Notes: generated from the letters alone by a model not told the origin. A DNA stretch of 64,000 bases from Chloroflexota bacterium (GCA_034436555.1 DAOTUU010000054.1:94793-158792); one strand, 5' to 3'; positions 18,143 through 28,269 are shown, numbered from the stretch's first letter. Numbers and translations are program-made.

Positions 18143-19192
18143 TCAGGGGACCAGCGTCGTGATGTAGCTCGTGTCGATGATCGTGGCCGGGTCCACATCG
18201 GTCGTCATCATGCCCGCGTCGAGCGCGATGTCCTTCACCTCGGCGATCGTGGCGTCGTAGTCGCCGCCGGTCATGAGCGCCTTCGCCTCGTCCAGCGAGT
18301 AGAGGTCCACGCCGTCGAACGCGGTCTTGAGCGACCCGACCTCGGCACCCACGGCCTCCTCGATGATCGCCTGGCCCGCCGCGGGATCCGCGTCGTAGTC
18401 GGCCATGGCGTCACCCCATGCCTGGATGAGCGCGTAGACCTGGCCCGGGTGCTCCGCGAGGTAGTCGTTCTGGACCACGAACACGTCACCGATGAGCCCG
18501 GGCTTCTCGGCCGCGGTGTACAGCAGCCTGAGGTCGGGGTTCGCACCCAGGGCGCCCGTGATGTACGGCTCATAGGTGACCGCGACCGGCACCTGGCCCG
18601 CGGTGATGGCGGTCCCCGCGTCCGCCGCGCCCATGAGCACCGGCTCCACGTCGTCGATGGTGAGACCGGCCTGGCCCAGCGCGTAGCGCAGCAGGATGTC
18701 GGAGGTGGTGCCCTCCTCGTATGCGACCTGCTTGCCCGCGAGGTCCGTGATGCCCGCGACGTCCGCGCCGGACAGGATCGCGTCCGCCGCGTTGGACTGG
18801 TCCAGCAGCAGCACGATCGTGATGGGCGTCCCCTCGGAGGCAAGGCGGAGCGCCGTGTGCGTGGCGATGTTCGCGCCGTTGATGGCGCCGGACATGAGCG
18901 CCGCGTTGATGTCCGCGTCGGTGTTGAAGTTCGTGACGACGGTGTCCACGCCGTTCGCCGCGAAGTGGCCGTTCTTGTCGGCGATCCACCAGGGGCCGTA
19001 GCCGATCCACGGCTCCACGCCCATCTGGAACGTGCCCTCCTCGACGGGCGGCAGGGCGGCCGCGCTGGGCGACTGGGCGACCGCGCCTCCGGCCAGGCTC
19101 GCCGCGATGCCTGCGGCCGCGACCAGCGCGAACGCCGAACGGGCCGCGCGCGCCCGGTGCCGCGGGCGCATGCGCGTGGTGGTGATGCTCAT
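18143..19192 (-). CDS. ABC transporter substrate-binding protein (NMT1/THI5-like, sulfonate/nitrate type) with signal peptide
   Basis: It has an N-terminal signal peptide followed by an NMT1-like periplasmic-binding fold. Confidence 0.85.
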   Translation of the reverse strand: MSITTTRMRPRHRARAARSAFALVAAAGIAASLAGGAVAQSPSAAALPPVEEGTFQMGVEPWIGYGPWWIADKNGHFAANGVDTVVTNFNTDADINAALMSGAINGANIATHTALRLASEGTPITIVLLLDQSNAADAILSGADVAGITDLAGKQVAYEEGTTSDILLRYALGQAGLTIDDVEPVLMGAADAGTAITAGQVPVAVTYEPYITGALGANPDLRLLYTAAEKPGLIGDVFVVQNDYLAEHPGQVYALIQAWGDAMADYDADPAAGQAIIEEAVGAEVGSLKTAFDGVDLYSLDEAKALMTGGDYDATIAEVKDIALDAGMMTTDVDPATIIDTSYITTLVP

Positions 19193-19387
19193 GGGTGCGT
19201 CTCCCTCCGCCTTCTCGAGGTCGAGCCAGGTCCCGACCGGGCCACAAGGATAGCGAGACGTGTCTCTCGGGCGGGAGTGCGGGGTGCCTGGGCGGCCGGG
19301 GCGGCCTGGGCGGGCCGGGTGCGCGTCGGATGCCCGGCCCGCGGGTGCCCGTGTCGCGGGTGTCCGGGGGCGATCCCGGCGACCCGC

Positions 19388-19795
19388 CTACCGGGCGCGC
19401 ATCCGATTGTTCTTCGGCTCGTGGGTCAGCTCGGCCAGGCCCAGCATCTCCAGCAGCGGCGGCAGGTAGACGCCGAATCGACCCCGGTAGCCCGCGCGCA
19501 GTCCGTACCAGCCGCCGACCGGGTTGGACGGCGATCGACCCCACGCCTCGACCGACCCCGGCGGCGCCGGTCTCTGCTCGTCGGTCCCGCCCAGCGCCAT
19601 CCAGTCGCCGTGGGCCAGGAGCATCGCGTGCAGGTCCTCGATCGCGCGCAGGTGGTAGGTCAGCCTCGTCGAGCCCGCCTGACACACCAGCTGGGGAGGG
19701 TCAGCCGATCCATCGCGGAACATCGTGAAGGCCGAGGTGCGGGGTGCGGTCACCAATTGCCAGGGGTCATCCCTGGTTCCGTCTCCAGCAGCCAT
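19388..19795 (-). CDS. Conserved hypothetical protein (135 aa, MAAGDGTRDDPWQLVTAPRTSAFTMF...)
   Basis: Only the C-terminal 135 aa of the 232-aa ORF have coding character, and I did not recognise the family. Confidence 0.5.
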   Translation of the reverse strand: MAAGDGTRDDPWQLVTAPRTSAFTMFRDGSADPPQLVCQAGSTRLTYHLRAIEDLHAMLLAHGDWMALGGTDEQRPAPPGSVEAWGRSPSNPVGGWYGLRAGYRGRFGVYLPPLLEMLGLAELTHEPKNNRMRAR

Positions 19796-20163
19796 GCGGC
19801 GAACCTCCCACGAGCGACGCGGCCCCCTGGTGAGTGTGGCATGCCCCGGCCGCGCCGGGGGCGCTGCCGCGGACCCCGTCGTGGGCTGCGCCTCGCTGCC
19901 ACGCTGCGCGCGATGGACCGCCGATCGGGCCGTGCGCCTGGGACCATCGGCATCGACGCGGTGTTGCGGTTTCTTCACCTTCGGTCGGTTGGAATGGCTC
20001 CCACGGGCTGGTAGTCTTGTGCGTGGCCGAACCTCTTCATCGAGGGCGGGGGAACCATCCTCCACCGGGGCGAATCGCGGACCCACCGCGAAGGCACGAG
20101 CCGTACACCGCCTAGCCCGTCAGCTCACCTCGCAGGCCCCTACGGTGCAGTCCGAGGTTCGCG

Positions 20164-21447
20164 TTGGGCTCCCCCGGCTTCGCTCCCGGCCCCACGCCAT
20201 CGTCGCTGCGCCGCAACCTGTCGCTGGATCTGACCGCGGCGGTGGGCGTTGGCATCACGATGGCCCTGATGGGGTCCATCCTGCCGTCCGTCGCGCGCCG
20301 CGAGGGGATCGACCCTCTGGGTCTCGCCGTCCTTGCGGCATCGCCCTTCCTGGCGAACCTGCTGGGGGCGTTCGCGGGTCGCGTCGGGCCGCGCAGCCAG
20401 CGCCAGTTCGGCGTGATGCGGGCGGTGGGCGCGCTGTGCCTCGTGTTGATGGTGTTCCTGCCGGTGCCCACGCTGCTCGCCGTGGTCGCCTTCGGGTACT
20501 GGCTCACGAGCGCGTTCGGGGTGCCCATCCAGCATCGGCTGTGGGGTTCCATGTACCCGGCGACGGAGCGCGGTCGACTGCTGGGCGTCGTGGCCACCGG
20601 CCGGACCGCGGCGGCGGGCGTCGCGGCGCTGGTCGGCGGGATCATCGCCGATCGCATCGGCGGCCTCGGCGCGATCGCCATCGGGGGCCTCATCGGCGCG
20701 CTGCTCGCGCTGTCCTCCACGCGCATCCGCGCCACCCTCCCGTCCGCGGGCGCCACGTACTCCTTCAGGGACACCTGGTCCGCCTACAAGCAGGTGCCCG
20801 CACTGCGCCGCGTGGCGTGGGCCCAGGTGTTCTACGGCGGCGGCCTCATCGCGGCCGGGCCGCTGTACGCCCTCGTGATGGTGGACCGGCTGTCACTGTC
20901 GATGGGTGAGATCGGGACCGTCGGCGTCGTCGCCGCGATCGCCGCGACTGGCTCGTGCCTCGCCTGGGGTCACCTCGCGGACCGGCTCGGGGGCATCTCG
21001 GTGATCCAGCTCGGCGCCGTCCTGGGCGCCCTCTCGGTGCTGTTCTACGCGGTCGCGCCGTCGATCGCGTTCGTGTGGCTGGGCGCCGCGCTCATCGGGC
21101 TGGCCAACTCGGCCATGGAGATGGGCTGGCCGAACATGCTCGCGGAGCACACCAGCCTCGCCGATCGGGCCAAGGCCGCGGCCGGCCTGAACGCGCTGAC
21201 CGGCGCCCGGGGTCTCATCGCGCCGTTCCTGGGCACCCTGGCCGTCCAGGCGGGCGTGATCAGTGTCACCGCCGCGCTCGTGCTGTGCGCCATGGCGACG
21301 GCGGTCGGGGCGCTGCTGTACCTGGGCATGCGGCCGTCGGGAGAGGCGCGCCCCTGGTTCGAGCGGGTGGACTCCACCGCCCATGGCGGCATCCGCCGGG
21401 CACGCTCCCTGGTGCTGAACGCGGGGCTGCCCGGTCTGCGCGGCTGA
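20164..21447 (+). CDS. MFS transporter (12 transmembrane segments)
   Basis: It has MFS topology with a Gly-rich TM2-TM3 loop, preceded by a roughly 370-bp leader. Confidence 0.85.
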   Translation: MGSPGFAPGPTPSSLRRNLSLDLTAAVGVGITMALMGSILPSVARREGIDPLGLAVLAASPFLANLLGAFAGRVGPRSQRQFGVMRAVGALCLVLMVFLPVPTLLAVVAFGYWLTSAFGVPIQHRLWGSMYPATERGRLLGVVATGRTAAAGVAALVGGIIADRIGGLGAIAIGGLIGALLALSSTRIRATLPSAGATYSFRDTWSAYKQVPALRRVAWAQVFYGGGLIAAGPLYALVMVDRLSLSMGEIGTVGVVAAIAATGSCLAWGHLADRLGGISVIQLGAVLGALSVLFYAVAPSIAFVWLGAALIGLANSAMEMGWPNMLAEHTSLADRAKAAAGLNALTGARGLIAPFLGTLAVQAGVISVTAALVLCAMATAVGALLYLGMRPSGEARPWFERVDSTAHGGIRRARSLVLNAGLPGLRG

Positions 21448-21504
21448 CCCGCGTCGTCCCTGACCGGCGTCGTCCCGATCGGGGACGCGCCCAGGAAGCG
21501 GGAG

Positions 21505-21558
21505 CGCGCCCCGGAATCGAGAGAGCGCCCCGGAATCGAGAGCGCCCCGGAATCGGGA
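21505..21558. repeat. 17-18-bp tandem repeat (gcgccccggaatcgagag, about 3 copies)
   Basis: The repeats lie directly 5' of the terminator hairpin. Confidence 0.6.
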
Positions 21559-21583
21559 ACGCCCCGCCGGATCGGCGGGGCGT
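21559..21583. terminator. Bidirectional intrinsic terminator hairpin (acgccccgccg-gatc-cggcggggcgt)
   Basis: A perfect 11-bp GC stem with a 4-nt loop lies between the convergent MFS and yeaQ-like genes. Confidence 0.6.
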
Positions 21584-21618
21584 CGTCATGCCCCACGGGC
21601 CCGATCAGGCCCCACGGG

Positions 21619-21939
21619 TCACTTCTTCTTGGGCTTGATCGCGGTGTTCTTGCCGGCTGGAGCGGCCGGGGCGCTGTTCGCGCGGAGGCGGTCACGGACC
21701 GGGCCGTAGATGAGCAGGACCACGATGGCGCCCACGATCGAACCGATGAGGCCCGACGGGCGCAGCGTGAGCAGGTCCCCGCCCTCGATGAAGCTGCCGA
21801 TGGCGCCGCCCACGAACGAGCCGATCATGCCCACGACGAACAGCTCCCAGCGTTCGTACTGCCGGCTGCGGCCCACGAGGTAGTCGGCGATGAAGCCGGC
21901 CACGAGGGCGATGACGATCCACGCCAGGAGGATGTACAT
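21619..21939 (-). CDS. GlsB/YeaQ/YmgE-family stress-response membrane protein (transglycosylase-associated protein)
   Basis: It has the three-helix Gly-zipper pattern MYILLAWIVIALVAGFIADY...GMIGSFVGGAIG. Confidence 0.85.
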   Translation of the reverse strand: MYILLAWIVIALVAGFIADYLVGRSRQYERWELFVVGMIGSFVGGAIGSFIEGGDLLTLRPSGLIGSIVGAIVVLLIYGPVRDRLRANSAPAAPAGKNTAIKPKKK

Positions 21940-22136
21940 GAAGCTGGGCTCCCCGATGCGATGTCCGCGGTGATGGTGCGCCGCATCCTAGCGCGCTCCC
22001 GCGTGCGGGGTCAGCCCGCGACGTCCTCGACGTCCTCGACGCCGGCGGTCGCGTGGGAGCGTGGGTGGGGGCGGGGAGGGCAGCGCGGCCCGCGCCGGCG
22101 GAGGAATCGCATCGACCACCCCATAGACTGGCCGGC

Positions 22137-23618
22137 ATGCCCCACACCGACCGCGCCTCCACCCACGACCTCGCCGGTGCCATCGAGCGGCTGCTCCCGG
22201 CGCTCGAGCGATTCCTGGCGTTCGAGGGTCCCGATCCGGCGCGCGCCCGCTCCCGCTGGCGGGCACGGCTCGAGGTGCCCCTGCCGGCCGAGGGTGTGGG
22301 ACGGGACGCGGTCCTCGCGGAGCTCGCGGACGTGGTCGTCGCGAACGGGCTGCGGGTGGGCCATCCCGGCTTCAGCGGCTGGGTGACCACGGGGCCCACC
22401 GACGTGGCCGCGGCGGCCGACCTGGCACAGGCGGTGGCGGTCCCGCAGCGCTGGTGGGCCACGGCCGGCAACCTGGTGGACGACCTGGCGATGCGCTGGC
22501 TCATCGCGCTGCTGGGGTTTCCCGGCACCTTCGTGGGCACGTTCACGGCGGGTGGCTCCACGGCCAACCTGGTGGGCATGGGCGCGGCGCGCCAGCACGC
22601 CGGCGAGCGGCTCGGCTTCAGCCCGTCCCGGGACGGCAACGGCGGGTTCCGCGAGCCCCGGGTCTACTGCTCCACGGAGACGCACCACGTCGTGGGCCGC
22701 GCGCTGGGCGTGCTGGGGCTGGGTCGCACGGCGCTCCGCGAGATCCCCCTCGACGCGGGCGGCACGATCGATCTGTCGCTGCTCCAGGCGGCGCTGGACG
22801 AGGACGCCGCGGCCGGGCGCACCCAGGTGGCCATCGTGGGCTGCGCCGGGGACGTGAACACCGGGCGCATCGATCCGCTGCCGGCGCTGGCCCGCATCGC
22901 GGCGGAGCGCGGCATCTGGTTCCACGTGGACGGCGCGTACGGCGGCTGGGGTGTCCTGGACGAGCGGGTGGCCGACCGGTTCGGCGATGTGGCCACGTAT
23001 GACTCGTTCGCGATCGACCCCCACAAGTGGCTGGCGGCGCCCGTCGGCACGGGTGCCGCGATCGTGCGCGACGCGGGCATCCTGGGCCGCGCGTTCGAGA
23101 TCGAGACGGGCGCCTACGACCGGGAGCGGACCGCACCCGTCGGCACCGGCGACACCGGCTCGCCGTTCGACGAGCTGGGTCTCGGGACGCCCGACTTCGG
23201 GGTGGACTTCTCGACGCCCGCCCGGGGTCTCGCGGTGTGGGCGATCCTGCGCGAGATCGGCGCGGCCGGGGTGCGGGAGCGGATCGTGCGCCATGTCGAC
23301 TGTGCGCGGCGCGTCGCGGAGCACGCGCGGACGCACCCGGAGCTGGAGCTGCTCGCGGAGCCGGTGCTGTCGATCTGCTGCTTCCGCTATCGGCCCGCCG
23401 ATTGGACCGACGAGAAGCGACTGGATGCCCTCAACGACGCGGTCGTCCACGGCGTCCGGGCGCGCGGGCGGTGTGTCACCTCCGCGACGCGCGTGGATGG
23501 GCGCCTCGCGATCCGGCCCTGCTACGTCAATCCGCGGTCCACGCTGGACGACGCGGACGCGCTCATCGACGAGGTCCTCGAGGTGGGTCGCGCGCTCGTG
23601 GCAGGCGGCGCCCGCTGA
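22137..23618 (+). CDS. Pyridoxal-phosphate-dependent group II decarboxylase (amino-acid / L-2,4-diaminobutyrate decarboxylase-like)
   Basis: It has a PLP lysine in DPHKW and GGSTANLVGM. The start is set at MPHTDRA, and the antisense 650-aa ORF is rejected. Confidence 0.85.
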   Translation: MPHTDRASTHDLAGAIERLLPALERFLAFEGPDPARARSRWRARLEVPLPAEGVGRDAVLAELADVVVANGLRVGHPGFSGWVTTGPTDVAAAADLAQAVAVPQRWWATAGNLVDDLAMRWLIALLGFPGTFVGTFTAGGSTANLVGMGAARQHAGERLGFSPSRDGNGGFREPRVYCSTETHHVVGRALGVLGLGRTALREIPLDAGGTIDLSLLQAALDEDAAAGRTQVAIVGCAGDVNTGRIDPLPALARIAAERGIWFHVDGAYGGWGVLDERVADRFGDVATYDSFAIDPHKWLAAPVGTGAAIVRDAGILGRAFEIETGAYDRERTAPVGTGDTGSPFDELGLGTPDFGVDFSTPARGLAVWAILREIGAAGVRERIVRHVDCARRVAEHARTHPELELLAEPVLSICCFRYRPADWTDEKRLDALNDAVVHGVRARGRCVTSATRVDGRLAIRPCYVNPRSTLDDADALIDEVLEVGRALVAGGAR

Positions 23619-23709
23619 GCCTCGGAGGTCGATCGCGGCGAGCTGTTCGGACACCGGCCGGACGGCCGCGAAGCCGTGCCCGATCATGGCGCGCCTATGA
23701 TGCCCACCC

Positions 23710-24714
23710 ATGAGCACCTCGGCCAGCCGACCCCGGATCCTCGTGTGCAAGCCCGTGCCGGTCGCCGGCCTGGAGGCCCTTCGCTCGACCTGCGAGCTGG
23801 AGGTGTGGCCGGGCCCGCAGGCGATGACCCGGCCGGAGCTGCTGGCCCGGGTCGCAGGCGTCAGCGGGATCATCGTGGTCGGTGACCGGGTCGCCGATGA
23901 CCTGCTGGATGCCGCCGGACCGTCCCTGCGCGGCATCGCCGTGTTCGGGGTCGGCCATGACAACGTGGACCTCGCCGCCTGCGCCCGACGCGGGATTCCC
24001 GTGGGCTACACGCCGGGGGCCCTGTCGACGACGACCGCGGAGCTCGCCTGGGCGCTCCTCATGGCCGCCGCCCGACGCATCCCGGAGGCCGAGCGATACG
24101 TGCGCGGCGGCCGCTGGACGAGCGCCTCGTTCGGGGACCTGCCGGGTGTGGACGTGAGCGGGGCCACGCTGGGCATCGTGGGCCTGGGCCGCATCGGCCA
24201 GGCGATGGCGCGCCTGTCCCTGGGATTCGGGATGACCGTCCTGTACAGCGGGCGGCAGCGCGTGGATGTGGCGGTGGAGCGGGCGCTGGGCGCCACGCAC
24301 GTCCCGCTCGAGGACCTGCTCGAGCGATCGGACTTCGTGAGCCTCCACGCCCCCGCCACGCCCCAGACGCATCACCTCATCGATGCCGCGGCACTCGCCC
24401 GGATGAAGCCGTCGGCGATCCTCGTGAACACCTCCCGGGGCACGCTCGTGGACCAGGAGGCGCTCCTCGCCGCGCTGGACGCAGGGCGGCTGCGGGCCGC
24501 CGCCCTGGACGTGACGGACCCGGAGCCCCTCCCGGTGGACCATCCGCTGGTGGGGCGCGATGATGTCATCGTGATCCCGCACATCGGCTCCAACACGCAC
24601 GCGACCCGCGTGAGGATGGGCCGGATGTGCGCGGAGAATCTGCTCGCCGCGTTCCGGGGAGAGCCGATGCCCCGGGCCGTCCCGGGCGCTGCTGCGACGG
24701 TGGGCGGCTCATGA
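23710..24714 (+). CDS. D-isomer-specific 2-hydroxyacid dehydrogenase (glyoxylate/hydroxypyruvate reductase-like)
   Basis: It has GIVGLGRIGQAMA, and a catalytic R/E/H triad (SRG...E...H). Confidence 0.85.
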   Translation: MSTSASRPRILVCKPVPVAGLEALRSTCELEVWPGPQAMTRPELLARVAGVSGIIVVGDRVADDLLDAAGPSLRGIAVFGVGHDNVDLAACARRGIPVGYTPGALSTTTAELAWALLMAAARRIPEAERYVRGGRWTSASFGDLPGVDVSGATLGIVGLGRIGQAMARLSLGFGMTVLYSGRQRVDVAVERALGATHVPLEDLLERSDFVSLHAPATPQTHHLIDAAALARMKPSAILVNTSRGTLVDQEALLAALDAGRLRAAALDVTDPEPLPVDHPLVGRDDVIVIPHIGSNTHATRVRMGRMCAENLLAAFRGEPMPRAVPGAAATVGGS

Positions 24715-26105
24715 CACAGGACGGGCGCTCGGCGACGCGGGTGGAGCGCGCGGTCCGCTTCCCGGCGGGCTTCATCTGGGGTTCGGGCACCTCGGCCTAC
24801 CAGGTCGAGGGGGCGGTGGCGGAGGACGGACGCACGCCGTCCATCTGGGACACGTTCTGCCGCCGACCCGGCGCCGTGCTCAACGGTGATGACGGCTCGA
24901 TCGCCGCCGACCAGTACCACCGCTACCGTGATGACGCCGCGCTGCTGCGCGAGCTGGGACACCGGATGTACCGATTCTCGATCGCCTGGCCGCGCATCCA
25001 GCCGGACGCGTCGGGTGTGCCGAACCAGCGTGGCCTGGACCACTACCGGCGGCTCGTCGACGCGCTGCTGGAGCAGGGCATCCAGCCGAACATCACGCTC
25101 TACCACTGGGACCTGCCGCAGTGGCTCCAGGATGCGGGCGGCTGGCCCGGCCGGGACGTCGCGGCGCGGTTCGCGGAGTACGCCGCGGTCGTGTTCCGGG
25201 CGCTCCATGACCGCGTGGCCTGGTGGGCGACCATCAACGAGCCGTGGTGCGTCTCGCTGCTGTCACACGCGGCGGGCGTCCACGCGCCGGGCGAGCGTGA
25301 CGCGGGACGCGCGCTGCGCGCGATCCACCACGTGCTGCTGGCCCACGGCCTGGGCATCCGCGCGATGCGCGCCATCGACGCCTCGCCGCACCTGGGCATC
25401 GTGCTCAACCCGGCGCCCGTCGTCGCGGCGCCGGGGGCCCACGGCCCGGAGCTCGAGGATGGCATCCGCGCCGTCGACGGTTACCGCAACCGGGTCTGGC
25501 TCGACACGCTGCTGGCGGGCGCCTACCCGTCGGACGTCCGGGAGCGGGCCGCACCGTTCGGGGGGTTCCCCGTGGAGGACGGGGACCTGGCGTCGATCGG
25601 CGCCCCCCTGGACTGGCTGGGCGTCAACTACTACCACGACCTCATCCTGGGCCCGGCGGATGTCGATGACGCGCTCCACCCCGGGGCGGGGCGGGTGCGC
25701 GAGGATCCGCCCGCGGGCGCGCGCACCTCGATGGGCTGGCCGATCACGCCCCATGGCCTCACCGACCTGCTGCTGCGCATCCGGACGGACTGGCCGCGGG
25801 TGCCGCCCCTGCTCGTCTCCGAGAACGGGGCGGCGTGGGACGACCCCATCGGTCCCGACGGGACGATCGACGATGAGCGGCGTCTGCGCTACCTGCGCGA
25901 CCACCTCGCGGCCACCGCCGCGGCCATCGAGCAGGGCGTGGATGTGCGGGGCTATCTCGTCTGGTCGCTGCTGGACAACTTCGAGTGGGCCTGGGGATAC
26001 CAGGAGCGGTTCGGGATCGTGCACGTCGATTACGCCACGCAGGTCCGCACGCCGCGGCGCAGCGCGTGGTGGCTGCGTGATGTCATCGCCGCCGACGGGT
26101 TCTGA
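24711..26105 (+). CDS. GH1 family beta-glucosidase
   Basis: It has TSAYQVEG, the acid/base TINEP, the nucleophile VSENG and the DNFEW signature. Its ATG overlaps the upstream stop. Confidence 0.9.
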   Translation: MTQDGRSATRVERAVRFPAGFIWGSGTSAYQVEGAVAEDGRTPSIWDTFCRRPGAVLNGDDGSIAADQYHRYRDDAALLRELGHRMYRFSIAWPRIQPDASGVPNQRGLDHYRRLVDALLEQGIQPNITLYHWDLPQWLQDAGGWPGRDVAARFAEYAAVVFRALHDRVAWWATINEPWCVSLLSHAAGVHAPGERDAGRALRAIHHVLLAHGLGIRAMRAIDASPHLGIVLNPAPVVAAPGAHGPELEDGIRAVDGYRNRVWLDTLLAGAYPSDVRERAAPFGGFPVEDGDLASIGAPLDWLGVNYYHDLILGPADVDDALHPGAGRVREDPPAGARTSMGWPITPHGLTDLLLRIRTDWPRVPPLLVSENGAAWDDPIGPDGTIDDERRLRYLRDHLAATAAAIEQGVDVRGYLVWSLLDNFEWAWGYQERFGIVHVDYATQVRTPRRSAWWLRDVIAADGF

Positions 26106-26140
26106 GCGTCCAGAGGGTTCCAGAGGCTCCGGGGGGAAGC

Positions 26141-27040
26141 ATGCGCACCATCACCACCACGCCGGTCTCCGTCCACGGCATCGATGCGCTGCGCCTGGAC
26201 GGCGCCGCGGTCTCGGTGACGGTCACCACGTCGATGGGCCCGCGCATCCTGGGCCTGGCCGGTCCAGACGGGCGCAACCTGCTGGCGGAGCTGCCCGACG
26301 CGATCATCGACCTGCCCGGACTGCCCGCGTATCGGATGCTGGGCGGGCATCGACTGTGGCACACGCCGGAGGTCCCGGCATCCACCTACCGCCCGGACGA
26401 GGGGGCGGTCACGGTCACCGAGCTGGCGGACGGGGTCGACCTGATGGGCGCCGATGACCCGGTCCAGGGGGTGCGCAAGCGGATCGGGGTGCGGCTGGCG
26501 GGCGCGGGCGTCCTCCATGTGGAGCATGAGGTGCGCAACACGTCCGCGGCACCCGTGGCGACCGCGGCGTGGGCGATCACGCAGGTGCCGCCTCGAGGTG
26601 AGGCGTGGATCCCGGTGGTGACGGGGCCGCAGCGCGGTCCCTACCTGCCCAACCGCGCCCTGGTGCTGTGGCCGTACAGTTCGGTGTCGGATCCGCGGCT
26701 GACGCTGGGCGACGACCTGCTGGTGGTGCGCGGCGTGGCCGGGTCCGATGGCCGCGTCAAGGTGGGCACGCAGCGCGGCCGGGGCTGGATCGCGTGGCGG
26801 GATGGCGGCACGCTCCTCGTCATCGAGGCGGCCGAGGAGCCGGGCGCGTACGGGGACATGGGCGCGGGCACCCAGTGCTATGCCTGCGGCGACTTCGTGG
26901 AGCTGGAGACCATCTCCCCGACCGCGTCGCTCGCGCCGGGTGAGGCAGTCGTCCACCGGCAGACGTGGCGGATCGTGGCGGTCGACCCGGCTGCGGATCG
27001 ACGCGACGTCATCCGGACGCTGGGTCTGGCCGCGGTCTGA
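26141..27040 (+). CDS. Hypothetical protein (299 aa, possibly a mutarotase-like beta-sandwich)
   Basis: It has coding GC3 bias and lies between the GH1 gene and the LacI regulator. No family was recognised. Confidence 0.55.
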   Translation: MRTITTTPVSVHGIDALRLDGAAVSVTVTTSMGPRILGLAGPDGRNLLAELPDAIIDLPGLPAYRMLGGHRLWHTPEVPASTYRPDEGAVTVTELADGVDLMGADDPVQGVRKRIGVRLAGAGVLHVEHEVRNTSAAPVATAAWAITQVPPRGEAWIPVVTGPQRGPYLPNRALVLWPYSSVSDPRLTLGDDLLVVRGVAGSDGRVKVGTQRGRGWIAWRDGGTLLVIEAAEEPGAYGDMGAGTQCYACGDFVELETISPTASLAPGEAVVHRQTWRIVAVDPAADRRDVIRTLGLAAV

Positions 27041-27077
27041 CGGCGGACGGACGGGCGGTCGGTGCCGCGCCGCGCGG

Positions 27078-28106
27078 TCAGGGTGGGCTCTCGCCGGAGC
27101 CTCGTGCGATCAGCCGGGTGGGGATGACGATGCGCTGTGGCGGGCGCGCATCTCCGGCCAGGCGCGCGAACAGCAGCTCCGCGCCGGCGCGACCGATCTC
27201 GCCCGGGTCGTAGGCCATCACGCTCACCGGGACCCGCGCCAGGTCGGCCAGCTCGAAGTCGTCGAAGCCCACCACCGCGCAGCGCGCGTCCTCCGCGGCG
27301 AGCGCCCGCAGCACCCCCAGGCAGTTGCGGTTGTTCTGGGCCAGGATCGCGGTCGCCGGATCGGCGAGCCCGAGGAGCGCACGGGTCGCGGCGATGGACG
27401 TGTCGCTGCCCGTCGGGCTGATGCGCACGAGGTCCGGATCGGCAGGCAGGCCCGCGGCCGCATGTGCCGCCTGGTAGCCCCGCAGCCGTTCCAGCGAGGG
27501 CGACACGGACAGCGCATCGCCGACGTACCCGATGCGCCGGTGGCCATGCGCGATGAGGTGTGCCGTCGCCCGCCGCGCGCCATCCTCGTTGTCCAGGACC
27601 ACGGTGTCCGCCGCCACGCCTCCCGGCGCCCGGTCGAGGAACACGACCGGCACGCCCGGTCGGACGAGACCCGCGAGGTAGCGATGGTCCTGGCCCGCGG
27701 GCACGAGCAGCAGGCCCTCCACGCCCCGCCCGACCAGCCCGGCGACGAGATCCCGCTCCCGCGCGGCATCCTCGCCCGACGAGGTGAGCATGAGCGCCCG
27801 CCCGTGGCGCAGTGCCACCTGCTCCACGGCGCCCGCCAGGCTGGCGTAGAAGGGGTTGGCGAGGTCCTCGATGATGAGCCCGACGGTGGGCAGGGACAGG
27901 CCCTTGCGCAGGTTGCGGGCGGCATCGTTGCGGCGATAGCCGAGCGTCCGGATGGCCTCCTCCACGCGCGCCGCGGTGGCGGGACGCACACCCGGCTCCG
28001 CGTTCACGACGCGCGACACGGTCTTCGCGCTCACGCCGCTCCGGCGCGCCACATCCTCGAGGGTGATCGTGGGATGGACCGTTGACATCGTTGACATGCT
28101 ACTCAA
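27078..28106 (-). CDS. LacI-family transcriptional regulator
   Basis: It has an N-terminal HTH (TLEDVARRSGVSAKTVSRVVN) and a periplasmic-binding-like effector domain. Confidence 0.85.
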   Translation of the reverse strand: MSSMSTMSTVHPTITLEDVARRSGVSAKTVSRVVNAEPGVRPATAARVEEAIRTLGYRRNDAARNLRKGLSLPTVGLIIEDLANPFYASLAGAVEQVALRHGRALMLTSSGEDAARERDLVAGLVGRGVEGLLLVPAGQDHRYLAGLVRPGVPVVFLDRAPGGVAADTVVLDNEDGARRATAHLIAHGHRRIGYVGDALSVSPSLERLRGYQAAHAAAGLPADPDLVRISPTGSDTSIAATRALLGLADPATAILAQNNRNCLGVLRALAAEDARCAVVGFDDFELADLARVPVSVMAYDPGEIGRAGAELLFARLAGDARPPQRIVIPTRLIARGSGESPP

Positions 28107-28269
28107 CCCGGACGTGGCAGTGTGATCGCTCCCGCTCGGTCACCACGTGGCGACGGGGGATGACAGCGTTGACAGGCTCGACGCACGCCCTCTACGATGG
28201 GTCCGGACGGTTACCGGGACCGTCGCCGGGGCCCCATGTGACGGGCCGCATGATCGGAGGAGTGGAATC
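28107..28269. promoter_or_regulatory. Divergent promoter/operator region between lacI and the sugar ABC operon
   Basis: The gttgaca heptamer is iterated (gttgacatcgttgacatg; gacagcgttgacagg), and GGAGG precedes the GTG start of the substrate-binding-protein gene. Confidence 0.35.

Noticed and set aside
19195-19728. A 177-aa ORF and other ORFs in the binding-protein / hypothetical intergenic region
   Set aside because: The sequence is low-complexity and GC-repeat-derived (gcctgggcggccgggg iterated). It has no family or start context.
22011-23963. A 650-aa ORF on the minus strand
   Set aside because: It is antisense to a well-supported PLP decarboxylase (the DPHKW lysine is on the plus strand). 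Its composition is junk and it has no start context.
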